Source of the DNA: Aromatoleum sp.
GTDB lineage: Bacteria > Pseudomonadota > Gammaproteobacteria > Burkholderiales > Rhodocyclaceae
NCBI RefSeq assembly: GCF_032027225.1
Contig: NZ_JAVSMM010000015.1
Coordinates: forward strand, 20,093-84,092
Direction of reading: 5' to 3'
DNA: 64,000 nt
Shown: positions 1 through 11,199 of the stretch, piece by piece
Layout of the letters: each line of letters opens with the position of its first letter
Numbering within the stretch: the stretch's first letter is position 1
Position numbers and translations under genes: made by a program
Notes under the pieces: generated by a model
Told to the model about the DNA's origin: nothing
Database searches by the model: none
Seen by the model: the letters and a program-made list of their open reading frames with translations, nothing else

Positions 1-182
1 TCGGCGACGATCCCGAACTGGAAGTGCCGATGGCGCACCGCGGGCGCGCATTGGCGATCGCGGTCAATACCGGGCTGGGCGATGCAAACTCGTTTTCACA
101 TTTGCCGCCGGCGCGATGGCCGCACTTGACGGTGCACGGCGTCGATGAGCTGCTGAGACTGCTGCAAGGCCAGACGCTCTAG
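1..182 (+). CDS. 3' end of a CDS that starts upstream of the window; product not identifiable
   Basis: Frame open from nt 3 to TAG at 180-182 (59 codons, ...VHGVDELLRLLQGQTL*). GC3-rich like its neighbours. Too short to assign a family. Confidence 0.3.
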   Translation, partial: GDDPELEVPMAHRGRALAIAVNTGLGDANSFSHLPPARWPHLTVHGVDELLRLLQGQTL

Positions 183-252
183 ACCCCGCCTTCCCTTTCC
201 CGGACAAACCGACATTCGGATCCAGCGATCCACGCAACGGAGGCGTAGTGCA

Positions 253-1788
253 ATGAAACCGACCGTAGAACAGGCACTGAAGGAGATCGAGCGCGTTGTC
301 GGCACGGAACATCTGCTGACCGACACCGCAACCCTTTCGCGATATTCCGTCAACATGCTCGCCACCGCCGACATCCTGCCTGCCGCCGTGGTGCGACCGG
401 CATCGACGGCAGAGCTTCAGCAGGTGCTGAAGATTGCCAACGCGTCCAAGACGCCGGTATGGACCTTGAGCGGCGGGCAGAACCGCGGCTACGGCATGGC
501 CTGTGCCGCCGCCCCGGGGACCCTGATCATCGACCTCAAAAGGATGAACCGGATCCTCGAGGTCAACGTTGAGCTCGCCTACGCCCTGGTCGAGCCCGGC
601 GTCACTTTCGCCCAGCTCTACCGCTACCTCAGGGACAACGACATTCCCTTGTGGATGGATGTGCCGAGCGGCAGCCCCGAAGGCTCGTGCCTGGGCAACA
701 TCACCGAGCGCGGCGCCGGATATACCCCCATGGGAGAGAAGTTCCTGTTCAGCTGCGGCATGGAAGTCGTCCTCGCCGACGGACAGGTGATCCGCACCGG
801 CACCGGAACGCTGCCGAACTCGCAGACCTGGCAGGTCTTCAAGTGGGGCTACGGACCGTCGCTCGACGGCCTGTTCACCCAGTCCAATTTCGGTATCGTC
901 ACCAAGGCCGGCTTCTGGTTGATGCCGCGCCCGCCGGCCTACGAACCGCTCGCGGTGACCATGGACGACCCGGAGGCGGTCTACAAGGCGGTCGAAATCC
1001 TGCGCCCGCTCAAGCTCAACATGGTCATCCCCAACGGCGCCTGCGTCACCCACGTGCGCAAGGCGCTGGGACTGACGGCGTGCTGGGGCGAGGGGAAAAA
1101 CATCCTGCCCCGGGTCGGCCGCCGCTTCGACTACCCGGCAGAAACCCTGAAGGCATTGAAAGAGACGTACGCGCTGGGTGAATGGAACTTCGCCGGCGCG
1201 CTCTACGGCCTGCCGGAAACCGTCCGGACCTATCGCGGAATCGTCGAAGACGCGCTCCGCTCGGCCCTTCCCGGCTGCCGCTTCCTGAGTGCGGAAGAAC
1301 AGGCGGCGAGCCCCTACTGGCGGGCACGGGAAAAGGCGATGCGCGGCGAGCCGCTGTGGGAATTCGACATGTCGGACTGGGAAGGCAAGGCGGGGGCGCT
1401 GTGGATCTCGCCGGTCGCTCCGGTCACCAACGAGGCCGTCGAACAGCAGATCCGGATCGCCGAAGAGACCTACGCGAAGTACGGCTTCCATTATGCCGCG
1501 GAGCTGATCCTGGGGACCGGCCGCGATCTGCACCATATCATCTGGCTGCTGTTCGATCGCAGCGATGCCGAAGAGCGCCGCCGCGCCGAGCTGTGCGAGC
1601 GGGAAATGTACGACCGCTACTGCGAGGTCGGCTACCTGCCCTACCGCACCGGACTGTCCACCGGCGACTACCTGATGCGCAAGCTCGGGCCGTTCCGGGA
1701 TCTGTGCCATGACCTGAAACAGCTCTTCGATCCGAACAACATCCTGTCGCCGGGCAAGTCGGGAATCGACCTGGCTCATCGCTCATGA
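253..1788 (+). CDS. FAD-linked oxidase, vanillyl-alcohol oxidase / p-cresol methylhydroxylase (VAO/PCMH) flavoprotein family
   Basis: 511-aa ORF with an FAD-binding PCMH-type N-terminal pattern (VVRPASTAELQQVLKIANASKTPVWTLSGGQNRGYG ... IIDLKRMNRILEVNVELAYALVEPGVTFAQLYRYL). Paralogous over its full length to the ORF at 6725-8371. No adjacent cytochrome c. Confidence 0.85.
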   Translation: MKPTVEQALKEIERVVGTEHLLTDTATLSRYSVNMLATADILPAAVVRPASTAELQQVLKIANASKTPVWTLSGGQNRGYGMACAAAPGTLIIDLKRMNRILEVNVELAYALVEPGVTFAQLYRYLRDNDIPLWMDVPSGSPEGSCLGNITERGAGYTPMGEKFLFSCGMEVVLADGQVIRTGTGTLPNSQTWQVFKWGYGPSLDGLFTQSNFGIVTKAGFWLMPRPPAYEPLAVTMDDPEAVYKAVEILRPLKLNMVIPNGACVTHVRKALGLTACWGEGKNILPRVGRRFDYPAETLKALKETYALGEWNFAGALYGLPETVRTYRGIVEDALRSALPGCRFLSAEEQAASPYWRAREKAMRGEPLWEFDMSDWEGKAGALWISPVAPVTNEAVEQQIRIAEETYAKYGFHYAAELILGTGRDLHHIIWLLFDRSDAEERRRAELCEREMYDRYCEVGYLPYRTGLSTGDYLMRKLGPFRDLCHDLKQLFDPNNILSPGKSGIDLAHRS

Positions 1789-1810
1789 CCGGGCAGCGGA
1801 GGTGCATTGC

Positions 1811-3402
<1,592 letters not shown>

Positions 3403-3439
3403 CCGTCATCGCCCCTTAAAATCAATCAAAGGAATATCA

Positions 3440-4624
3440 ATGTCCGAGCAGGTTCAGGTAATTGGGGTGGGCATGGTCAAGTTCGTCAAGCCCGGCACCC
3501 AGGAGCCCTACGAAATCATGGCGTCGAAAGCCATTCGCGCCGCCCTCGCCGATGCCGACGTGCCCTACGACAAGATCCAGCAGGCCTACGCGAGCTACGT
3601 ATTCGGCGACAGCGCCTGCGGCCAGGCCGCCCTGTACCGGGTCGGCATGACCGGCATCCCGCTGTTCAACGTCAACAACAACTGCTCGTCGGGCTCGTCC
3701 GCTTTGTTCCTCGCCCGTCAGGCCGTGCTCTCCGGCAGCGTCGACTGTGCTTTGGCGTTCGGTTTCGAGGAAATGCGCCCCGGCGCGCTGGGCGCAGTCT
3801 GGAACGACCGCACTTCGCCGCTGCTCGAGATGGAAGATCAGCTCGAAAAGATCGTGCCGGGCGTCCCGCCGGCATCCAACGCCCATCGCCTGTTCGGCTC
3901 CGCCGCGCTGGCCTACATCGAAAAGACCGGCGCCAACCCCGACATCTTTGCAAAAGTGGCGGTGAAGACCCGCAAGCACGCGATGAACAACCCCCTGGCG
4001 ATGTTCAACCAGCCCCTCACCGTCGACGAGGTCATGCAGTCGCCGGTGATTTTCGCCCCTTACCTGACCCGTCTCGAAGCCTGCCCGCCTTCCTGCGGCG
4101 CGGCCGCGGCCGTGGTGTGCAGCGAGGCGTTCGCGCGTCGACACGGCCTCACCCGCGGCATCCCGATCCTCGCCCAGGCGATGACGACCGACCGTCCGGC
4201 CCGCAACGACAATTCGATCGATCTCGCCGGCGCCGACATGACCCGCAACGCCGCCGCGCAGGTGTACGCGCAGGCGGGGATCGGCCCGCAGGACGTCGAC
4301 GTCGTCGAGCTGCATGACTGCTTCACCTCGAACGAGGTCATCACTTACGAAGGGCTGGGACTCTGCGGCGAGGGCGAGGCCGAAGGCTTCATCGCGCGCG
4401 GCGACAACACATACGGCGGCAAATACGTCATCAATCCGTCCGGCGGGCTGATGTCCAAAGGGCATCCGCTGGGTGCGACCGGCCTCGCTCAATGTACGGA
4501 ACTGGTGTCGCAATTGCGCGGGGAAGCCGGCGCGCGGCAGGTGGATCGCGCGCGCCTTGCGCTTCAGCATAATCTGGGGCTGGGCGGCGCCTGTGTCGTG
4601 ACCCTGTACGGGAAAAACGCCTGA
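3440..4624 (+). CDS. thiolase-like protein, SCP-x / nonspecific lipid-transfer-protein type
   Basis: 394 aa. VIGVGMVKF...NVNNNCSSGSSALFLARQAV (active-site Cys region) and a C-terminal GGLMSKGHPLGATGLAQ ... HNLGLGGA thiolase signature. Confidence 0.75.
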   Translation: MSEQVQVIGVGMVKFVKPGTQEPYEIMASKAIRAALADADVPYDKIQQAYASYVFGDSACGQAALYRVGMTGIPLFNVNNNCSSGSSALFLARQAVLSGSVDCALAFGFEEMRPGALGAVWNDRTSPLLEMEDQLEKIVPGVPPASNAHRLFGSAALAYIEKTGANPDIFAKVAVKTRKHAMNNPLAMFNQPLTVDEVMQSPVIFAPYLTRLEACPPSCGAAAAVVCSEAFARRHGLTRGIPILAQAMTTDRPARNDNSIDLAGADMTRNAAAQVYAQAGIGPQDVDVVELHDCFTSNEVITYEGLGLCGEGEAEGFIARGDNTYGGKYVINPSGGLMSKGHPLGATGLAQCTELVSQLRGEAGARQVDRARLALQHNLGLGGACVVTLYGKNA

Positions 4625-4663
4625 TCGGGGTCGCATTCACTTTATTCGAGCGAGGGTGGGATC

Positions 4664-4981
4664 GTGATCACGACAATTGTCGAATACAAACTTCCTTCCG
4701 CCCTGGGCAGGGAAAGAATCCTTGAAAAATTCCAAGCTGCCCGGGAAAAATTCATCAACACCGAAGGCTTGGTGAAAAAATATTTCTGCTACGACTCGTC
4801 CGACGGCACGGGGACGAGCGTTTACATCTGGAAAAACTTGTCGTGCGCGGAAGCTTTCTTCACGCCAGAAATGCTTCATGCGTTCGAAAAGACTTTTGGA
4901 TGCCGCCCCACGCTCAGGCATGTCGATACGCTCATGACCCTCGACAACATGACCGGCGAAGTCGCTGTTTTCAGCAGCTGA
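4664..4981 (+). CDS. small YdhR/ABM-like putative monooxygenase-fold protein (hypothetical)
   Basis: 105-aa ORF with a GTG start. It fills the gap between the thiolase-like and MDR genes. Lower GC than its neighbours but a consistent frame. The family call is by weak resemblance only. Confidence 0.4.
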   Translation: MITTIVEYKLPSALGRERILEKFQAAREKFINTEGLVKKYFCYDSSDGTGTSVYIWKNLSCAEAFFTPEMLHAFEKTFGCRPTLRHVDTLMTLDNMTGEVAVFSS

Positions 4982-5025
4982 GCGGGCAGCAAATACCGCA
5001 GCGCTTTTCACAAAAGGTAAATTGC

Positions 5026-6033
5026 ATGAGAGCGATCAGATTACGTAACCCCGCGGGCCTCGACCGCCTTGAGCTGGTCGAGCTTCCCGATCCTGGCCAG
5101 CCCGGACCGGGCGAGATCAGAGTGAGGATTCACGCCAGTTCCCTCAATTTCCACGACCTTGGGGTCGTCATCGGCGCCATGCCCGCGGCCGACGGGCGCA
5201 TCCCGATGTCCGATGGCGCCGGAGTGGTCGAGGCAATCGGTGAAGGAGTCGATGAATTCGCCGTGGGCGATGCCGTGGTCTCGACTTTCTTTCCGCAGTG
5301 GCTGGAGGGCGAGCCCCGCATCGCTGACTTCTCGACCACTCCTGGCGACGGCGCCGATGGCTATGCATGCGAGTTCGCCGTTCGGCCAGCGACTGCCTTC
5401 ACGCGCGCACCGCGTCACTACAGCCACGCGCAAGCCGCCACGCTGACCACGGCCGGACTCACCGCATGGCGTGCGCTGATCTGCAACGGCGGCCTGAAAG
5501 CCGGCGACAGCGTACTCGTGCTGGGTACGGGCGGCGTTTCGATCTTTGCGCTCCAGTTCGCCAAGGCGATGGGCGCGACCGTGATCGCGACCTCTTCCTC
5601 GGACGAAAAACTCGAGCGTGTCAAAGCTCTCGGCGCCAACCACGTCATCAATTACCGCCGTGAAACGGATTGGGCTTCGCGCGTGCTCGATTTCACCGGC
5701 GGCCGCGGCGTCGATCACATTGTCGAAGTCGGAGGACCCGGCACCTTGGCTCAATCGATCCAGGCCTGCCGGATAGGGGGTCACATCGCATTGATCGGCG
5801 TGCTCACAGGGGGAGCAGGGCCCGTGCCTACGGCGGCGCTGATGAAGCGCCAGCAGCGCCTGCAAGGGCTGATTGTCGGCAATCGGCAACATCAGAACGA
5901 ACTGGTCCGTGCCATCGAAGCGACTGGGATTACACCAGTCATCGACCGCTCATTCGCGCTCAAAAACATCGCCGATGCGTTCCGTCTGCAACAGGCGGGA
6001 GGGCACTTCGGGAAAATATGCCTGGAATTTTGA
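5026..6033 (+). CDS. MDR-family NAD(P)H quinone oxidoreductase / zinc-type alcohol dehydrogenase-like protein
   Basis: MRAIRLRNPAGLDRLELVELPDPGQPGPGEIRVRIHASSLNFHD and a Rossmann VLVLGTGGVSIFALQFAK. The ORF track starts at 4843, but that N-terminus overlaps the previous gene. ATG 5026 is the family-typical start. Confidence 0.8.
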   Translation: MRAIRLRNPAGLDRLELVELPDPGQPGPGEIRVRIHASSLNFHDLGVVIGAMPAADGRIPMSDGAGVVEAIGEGVDEFAVGDAVVSTFFPQWLEGEPRIADFSTTPGDGADGYACEFAVRPATAFTRAPRHYSHAQAATLTTAGLTAWRALICNGGLKAGDSVLVLGTGGVSIFALQFAKAMGATVIATSSSDEKLERVKALGANHVINYRRETDWASRVLDFTGGRGVDHIVEVGGPGTLAQSIQACRIGGHIALIGVLTGGAGPVPTAALMKRQQRLQGLIVGNRQHQNELVRAIEATGITPVIDRSFALKNIADAFRLQQAGGHFGKICLEF

Positions 6034-6065
6034 CCGCATCCCAATAGCCTTCCTGGAGACTCGCA

Positions 6066-6725
6066 GTGATCTCAAGAAGAGTTTTTCTACAAGGGTCGAT
6101 GGCAATGGGAGGTTTGGCACTTGCCGGGGTTTCGCTCCCCGCCCTCTCTTCCGCTCCAGCCCCTAGGCAGGACAAGACCTCCTTGTCCCTTTTTTCTGCA
6201 ATCTACGACAGCGGTTTTCCCGCCAGCGCAGCTTTTGGCGCTGCAGCGCGGCAGCAGGGCCACTCGATCCATGACATCGAAGGAGACGTCACCGGATTCT
6301 GGATGGATCATCTTGCCGAACAGTGGCAGCACGCGCCCGTGGCGATTGCCGGCCTGACCCACGCCAGCGCCCTGTTCGTGCTCGAACGCCTGGGCTGGGA
6401 TCATGGTTTGCGCGTCATTTTTCGCGCTCGCCATGACGTCCACGCCGACGGGCATCTCGACCATCGGTTGTCCGGCCCGGCTCCCATGCTGAACGCGTTC
6501 GAAACCGCCATTTCGCAGCATGTCAGCCTTGGCGCTTGCGTGGCGGGAATATTGTCCCATTGCCATGTGGAACACGCTTCATCGGCAATGTCGATCATGG
6601 CGCGGTCCCGCCCCGGCGCAGACGGCGATCACGATGATATCCCGCTGGTTTCGTGGGTCATTGCCTCACCGTCTTCCTTTGCTTCCGCATGCAATGATTT
6701 TGATACTGTCGAGAGGATCGTCTAA
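6066..6725 (+). CDS. Tat-signal (twin-arginine) exported protein of unknown function
   Basis: N-terminus MISRRVFLQGSMAMGGLALAGVSLPALSSAPA fits S/T-R-R-x-F-L plus an h-region and AxA. The stop overlaps the next start (TAATG at 6723-6727). Confidence 0.55.
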   Translation: MISRRVFLQGSMAMGGLALAGVSLPALSSAPAPRQDKTSLSLFSAIYDSGFPASAAFGAAARQQGHSIHDIEGDVTGFWMDHLAEQWQHAPVAIAGLTHASALFVLERLGWDHGLRVIFRARHDVHADGHLDHRLSGPAPMLNAFETAISQHVSLGACVAGILSHCHVEHASSAMSIMARSRPGADGDHDDIPLVSWVIASPSSFASACNDFDTVERIV

Positions 6726-8371
6726 TGAAACTTCCAAAAGGCGTCAAGGCTGAAGACTTTAACGCCGCACTAGAAGAGTTTCGTCGTGTCGTGGGTGAGA
6801 AATGGCTTTTCACGAGCGATGAGGACATGCATCTTTACCGGGATGCCTATTCCCTGCAGTGGGGAGAGCCCAATGAACTGGTCGCCTCTGCGGCGGTCGC
6901 TCCGGAAAATGTCGAGCAGGTCCAGGACGTCGTACGTATCGCCAATAAATACGGGATCCCGATGTTCGCCATCTCCACCGGCAAGAACCTGGGCTACGGC
7001 GGCTCCGCTCCGAACATGGCGGGCAACGTCATCGTCGATCTCAAACGCATGAACAAAGTCATCGAAGTCGATGACAAGAGGAATTTCTGCATCGTCGAGC
7101 CGGGCGTCTCCTACTTCGATTTGTACAAGTACATCCACGAGCGCGGCTTCAAGGTCATGATGGACGTGCCCGATCCCGGCTGGGGCAGTCCGTTGGGCAA
7201 TGCGGTCGACCATGGCCTGGGTTACACGTGGATGAATTATCGCGACCACTTCGGCTCTCACTGCGGCATGGAAGTGGTGCTCCCCGATGGCGAGATCATG
7301 CGCACTGGCATGGCAGCGATACCCGGTTCCAAGACCTGGGCGGAAAACAAATACGGCTACGGCGCCTATGTCGACGGTCTGTTTGCCCAGGCCAATTTCG
7401 GCATCGTCACCAAGATGGGCTTCTGGATGCAGCCGCAGCCGGACCACTTCCTGAGTTGCGTGGTGAAGGTCCCGAAATACCGCGACCTAATCCCGCTGAT
7501 CGACGGCGTCAACAAGATGGAAGATCAGGGCCTGATCGGTCATCCGCGCTACAGTTGCCCGATGGACCCGCTTTGCATGCAGATGGAGCCGGAGATATAC
7601 AAACCCACGCCCGAATTGATGGCGCTCAACAGCCGTCCGGGTGGCTCCACGGTCGAGGAATACCAGGCCTACGCCGAAAAACAGGGCCATGAATTCTGGA
7701 ACGTCGTGCTGAATTTCTACGGCCCGAAGGAAACCGTCTTCGCCAACTGGGAATACGCGAAAAACACGGTTTTCGCCCCCATTCCCGGCGTCCGCTTTGA
7801 AGAAATCGAAAACTACGCGTTCCCCCTCGAAAACCCGGAAGCCATCAAGAAGGTCCGCAACAAGGTCGCGCTGGGCATCCCAAACATGTCGATCTTTTCG
7901 ATCGGCGCGCGCTCCGCGGCAATGCCCGAGCCTGGAGACGGCCATGCGTGGTTTTCACCGATCGTCCCGCGCAATGGTGAGGAATTCATTTACGCACACG
8001 GGGTCTTCACCAAGGCCGCGCGCGAAATGAACATCACCTCGGCCCCGATCAGCGTCACGAACGTGCCCATGTCATGGCAGTACCGCACCTACCTTTACCT
8101 GTTCCCGGTTTTCGTTTCCCGTTCGGACAAGGAGCGCAACAGGAAATCCATTGACGACTTCAACAAGCTGATCAAACTGGCCGCGGAAAACGGCTGGTCC
8201 GAATATCGCACTGCCCCCATATTCCAGGACGCGGTCGCAGCAACTTACTCCTTCAACAACAACATCCTGCTGAAATTCCAGGAGCAGCTCAAGGACGCCA
8301 TCGACCCTCGCGGCATCCTGGCGCCAGGGCGTGGCGGGATCTGGCCCAAACGCTACCGGGAGAATTCATGA
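6725..8371 (+). CDS. pchF: p-cresol methylhydroxylase-type flavoprotein subunit (VAO/PCMH family; the substrate could be another 4-alkylphenol)
   Basis: 548 aa with an FAD-binding PCMH domain (AAVAPENVEQVQDVVRIANKYGIPMFAISTGKNLGYGG ... VDLKRMNKVIEVDDKRNFCIVEPGVSYFDLYKY). Its stop overlaps the start of a PchC-like cytochrome c gene. Confidence 0.8.
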   Translation: MKLPKGVKAEDFNAALEEFRRVVGEKWLFTSDEDMHLYRDAYSLQWGEPNELVASAAVAPENVEQVQDVVRIANKYGIPMFAISTGKNLGYGGSAPNMAGNVIVDLKRMNKVIEVDDKRNFCIVEPGVSYFDLYKYIHERGFKVMMDVPDPGWGSPLGNAVDHGLGYTWMNYRDHFGSHCGMEVVLPDGEIMRTGMAAIPGSKTWAENKYGYGAYVDGLFAQANFGIVTKMGFWMQPQPDHFLSCVVKVPKYRDLIPLIDGVNKMEDQGLIGHPRYSCPMDPLCMQMEPEIYKPTPELMALNSRPGGSTVEEYQAYAEKQGHEFWNVVLNFYGPKETVFANWEYAKNTVFAPIPGVRFEEIENYAFPLENPEAIKKVRNKVALGIPNMSIFSIGARSAAMPEPGDGHAWFSPIVPRNGEEFIYAHGVFTKAAREMNITSAPISVTNVPMSWQYRTYLYLFPVFVSRSDKERNRKSIDDFNKLIKLAAENGWSEYRTAPIFQDAVAATYSFNNNILLKFQEQLKDAIDPRGILAPGRGGIWPKRYRENS

Positions 8372-8718
8372 TGAAAAATTTACTTGGCGCGTGCGCAGCC
8401 ATGTTGATAATGATTGCATCCTGCCCGGTAGGAGCCAGCGGACAGACAGGTGCCGAGCGCGGCCAGGCAGTATTCCAGGAATGGTGTGTTTCCTGCCACG
8501 GCACCGGCCCCGGTCATCCGGGAACGCAGGCCCTTGATCTTCGCTATCAGGGCTCGCTGCCGGGGGCGCTGGAACAGCGCCTCGACCTGACCCCCGAGAC
8601 CGTCGAGGCATTCGTGCGGAACGGCATTTCGGTCATGCCGTTTTTCCGCAAGACGGAGATCAGCGATGCCGAACTCGATGCTCTGGGAGCCTACCTGTCG
8701 CGCAATAACCCACACTAG
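8368..8718 (+). CDS. pchC: c-type cytochrome, PCMH cytochrome subunit-like
   Basis: 116 aa with a signal peptide, a single haem motif CVSCHG, and GHPGTQALDLRY...VMPFFRKTEISDAELDALGAYLSR. ATGATG overlaps the pchF-like stop. Confidence 0.8.
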   Translation: MMKNLLGACAAMLIMIASCPVGASGQTGAERGQAVFQEWCVSCHGTGPGHPGTQALDLRYQGSLPGALEQRLDLTPETVEAFVRNGISVMPFFRKTEISDAELDALGAYLSRNNPH

Positions 8719-8768
8719 TACTACAGCGGGAGTTGGGAACGTCGTTTGCAGATCGGTAAGAGCCAGAA

Positions 8769-9400
8769 ATGGGAGGCTCAGAGATACAAACGAAACTGTT
8801 AAGAGCGTGGCAGTCGGAGTTCGAGCGCGTCAACGAGCGGATCGCCGACTGTTTTGCGCGCAGCGAACCGCGTGATCGAGGGCGGGGGTATCGGCACGTT
8901 CTGCTCGAACCGTTGGAGCGTAAGAACGGTTGGCAGTTGGCTGAGGCTGCGGGCGACCGCAGTCCCGATGGCGAGATCAATTGCGGACCTATGTGATTGA
9001 GCACTTGGGCGATCCGGATGGGGTGCTGGTGCTCGATGAGACCGGATTCGTCAAGAAGGGCGAGCACAGCGTCGGGGTCCAACGCCAGTACTCGGGCACG
9101 GCCGGTCGCATCGAGAACTGCCAGATCGGCGTGTTCATGGCCTATGCAAGCCGACAGGGCTATGCATTCATCGACCGCGAACTGTACCTGCCCAAAGCGT
9201 GGCGCGAAGCGCACGTGCCCATGAAGTTGCCTTCCATACCAAACCGCAGATTGGCCAGGCCCTGCTCGAGCGCGCCATCGAGACGGCGGTGCCCTTTGCC
9301 TGGGTGACCGCCGACAGCGTCTATGGCAGCACGTGGTCGCTGCGGCAGACGATTGTCCGAGCCGGGCGCGGCTAGGTCCTGGCCCTGAGGTATCCCCATG
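8769..9400 (+). pseudogene. IS701-family DDE transposase, multiply disrupted
   Basis: Three frames are needed. Frame 8769-8996 reads ...[20 protein letters not shown]. Frame 8981-9307 reads [41 protein letters not shown]. Frame 9232-9372 reads [32 protein letters not shown]. An in-frame TAG at 9373-9375 sits where the family has Tyr (G-Y-VLA). The 3' part is missing. Confidence 0.7.
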
Positions 9401-9510
9401 AAAAGGGCTGTAAAAGCAGGTGGATATCGTGATTCTGTAGGCTGGAAATGGGCATGCATGGCCCTGTTGCTTGTCTCAATCGTGGCGACCAAACCGCGAA
9501 GGAGACGGCC

Positions 9511-9990
9511 ATGCATGCTTTGAAGATGTTACACCGCAAGCTCAGGGAAACCACCGGAATGCACGAGACGCGACTGCGGGCGCTGGTCGCGGCCGTGGGC
9601 GCGCTGATCGAAGGCCGCCGGGCCCACGGTCAGTGGGCTGGGACGCCATAGTGGCGGTTCGCAATACGTCCGCCACCGGATCAAACGCATGGACCGGCTG
9701 TTGAGCAACCCGCACGTGCATGCGGCCACCGAGGCGATCTACCGCAGCCTGGTTCAGTGGGTGGTCGAGCCGGGCGCAGAGGTGGTCCTCGTCGTGGACT
9801 GGTCGGACCTGACGCGTGATCAAAGTTGGCAGGTGTTGCGCGCCGGCCTGCCGGTACGAGGACGCACCCTCACCGTGCTCGAGGAGGTTCATCCGCAAAG
9901 GAACTACGGCAAGGCACGGGTGCATCGGGCGTTCCTCGCGCGCCTGGCGCGCATTGTGCCGGCGGGCGTGCGCCCCATCATCGTTCGTAG
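9511..9990 (+). pseudogene. IS4-family transposase, N-terminal fragment with a frameshift
   Basis: MHALKMLHRKLRETTGMHETRLRALVAAVGALIEGRR, then a frame change near 9625 into TVSGLGRHSGGSQYVRHRIKRMDRLLSNPHV...VVDWSDLTRDQSWQVLRA...PIIV. It ends abruptly near 9990, before the DDE core. Confidence 0.65.
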
Positions 9991-10185
9991 TTCACGTTGA
10001 ATCCGACCCTTGCGTAGTCAAAGTGATCGCAGCATGGATGCTCGATCCTGCCGCGTGTTCAGCCATGAAACTGGGTGAGCCGAGAGTCACCGTGGCGGCG
10101 TTGTGCGATCTGCATCAACTGCTTGTCGACCGACGTTTGCGAGGAAACTCGCCCGACGATTCCAACACCGTCCGGGAGAAGCGCA

Positions 10186-10389
10186 ATGGAGAAGCGGCCA
10201 AACGTCGTTCCAGCAGGTCTGCCGCCGCGGCGGTCGGTGCCTCGACAAATGAACATGACGTTCAACCCCGTCGAACTTCAGGGGATGAGTTCGGCCCAGC
10301 GCACAAGGGCAATTACTCATCTTGCGAACCTGCTGATGCAGGCCGCCGGCGTCGGCACCGCGAAGGAGCATGACGATAACGAACGTTGA
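10186..10389 (+). CDS. small ORF preceding and overlapping the serine recombinase gene (hypothetical accessory protein)
   Basis: 67 aa (MEKRPNVVPAGL...LANLLMQAAGVGTAKEHDDNER). The stop overlaps the recombinase start. I have seen similar small ORFs in front of this recombinase type, but I cannot name a family. Confidence 0.3.
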   Translation: MEKRPNVVPAGLPPRRSVPRQMNMTFNPVELQGMSSAQRTRAITHLANLLMQAAGVGTAKEHDDNER

Positions 10390-11184
10390 TCGTTTGCCTG
10401 CGCCTTTGCTCAATCGCAAGGCGGTAGTCTACGTCCGGCAGTCGTCCCAGACGCAGGTTCAGATGAATCTCGAAAGCCAGCGCCGCCAATACGAACTGGT
10501 GGAAGAAGCAAAGCGTCGTGGATTCCGCGACATCGAGGTTATCGACGATGATCTGGGTCGATCGGCGAGCGGAATGGTCGCGCGGCCCGGGTTCGAGCGC
10601 CTTGTGGCATTGCTCTGTGCGGGCGAAGTTGGAGCGGTCCTTTGCCTGGACGCATCACGTCTCGCGCGCAACGGGCGCGACTGGCACCATCTGCTCGAAC
10701 TTTGCGGCCTCGTGGAGGCGCGGGTAATCGACCTGGATGGCTTGTACGATCCGTGTCGTCCAAACGACCGGCTGCTGCTCGGCATGAAGGGCAGCATCAG
10801 TGAATTCGAGCTCAACGTTCTTCGCACGCGCATGCTCGATGCCGCACGCGGCAAGGCTCACCGTGGCGAATTGCGGATCAGCGTACCGGTGGGCTACATC
10901 TGGCATCGAGAAGTTGGATCGGTCTCGATCCGAACCTGCGATTGCAGGAAGTCATACGTCTGGTCTTTGCCCGTTTCCGCGAACTGGGCAGCGCACGGCA
11001 AGTGCTGCTGTCGCTGCGAGCCGAACAGGTTCACTTCCCGCGCCCCTCCGACGGCCGGACACTGACGCACTTCGACTGGACGCCGATACGCTATCGTAAT
11101 GTGATCTCGGTGCTCAAGAATCCGTTCTACGCCGGGGCCTACGCATACGGCAAAAGCGGGAAGCAGACGGCAATCGTAGATTGA
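10370..11184 (+). pseudogene. large serine recombinase (resolvase/invertase N-terminal domain), frameshifted and 3'-truncated by the IS3 insertion
   Basis: KAVVYVRQSSQTQV (catalytic Ser region), LDASRLARNGRDWHHLLELC, MKGSISEFELNVLRTRM. The frame changes near 10915 into ...LDPNLRLQEVIRLVFARFRELGSARQVLLSLRAEQVHFPRP...YAYGKSGKQTAIVD. The reading frame stops at the IS3 left inverted repeat (11182). Confidence 0.75.
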
Positions 11185-11199
11185 ATCGCCCCCGGTTTC

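Noticed and set aside
64-1779. 571-aa minus-strand ORF covering the first oxidase gene
   Set aside because: This is an antisense shadow ORF of the VAO/PCMH gene. It is Arg/Ala/Gly-rich and low in complexity, with no motif. Such shadow ORFs are typical of high-GC DNA. The same reasoning applies to 1538-2644(-), 3437-4636(-), 17907-19169(-), 34266-35429(-) and 41796-42911(-).
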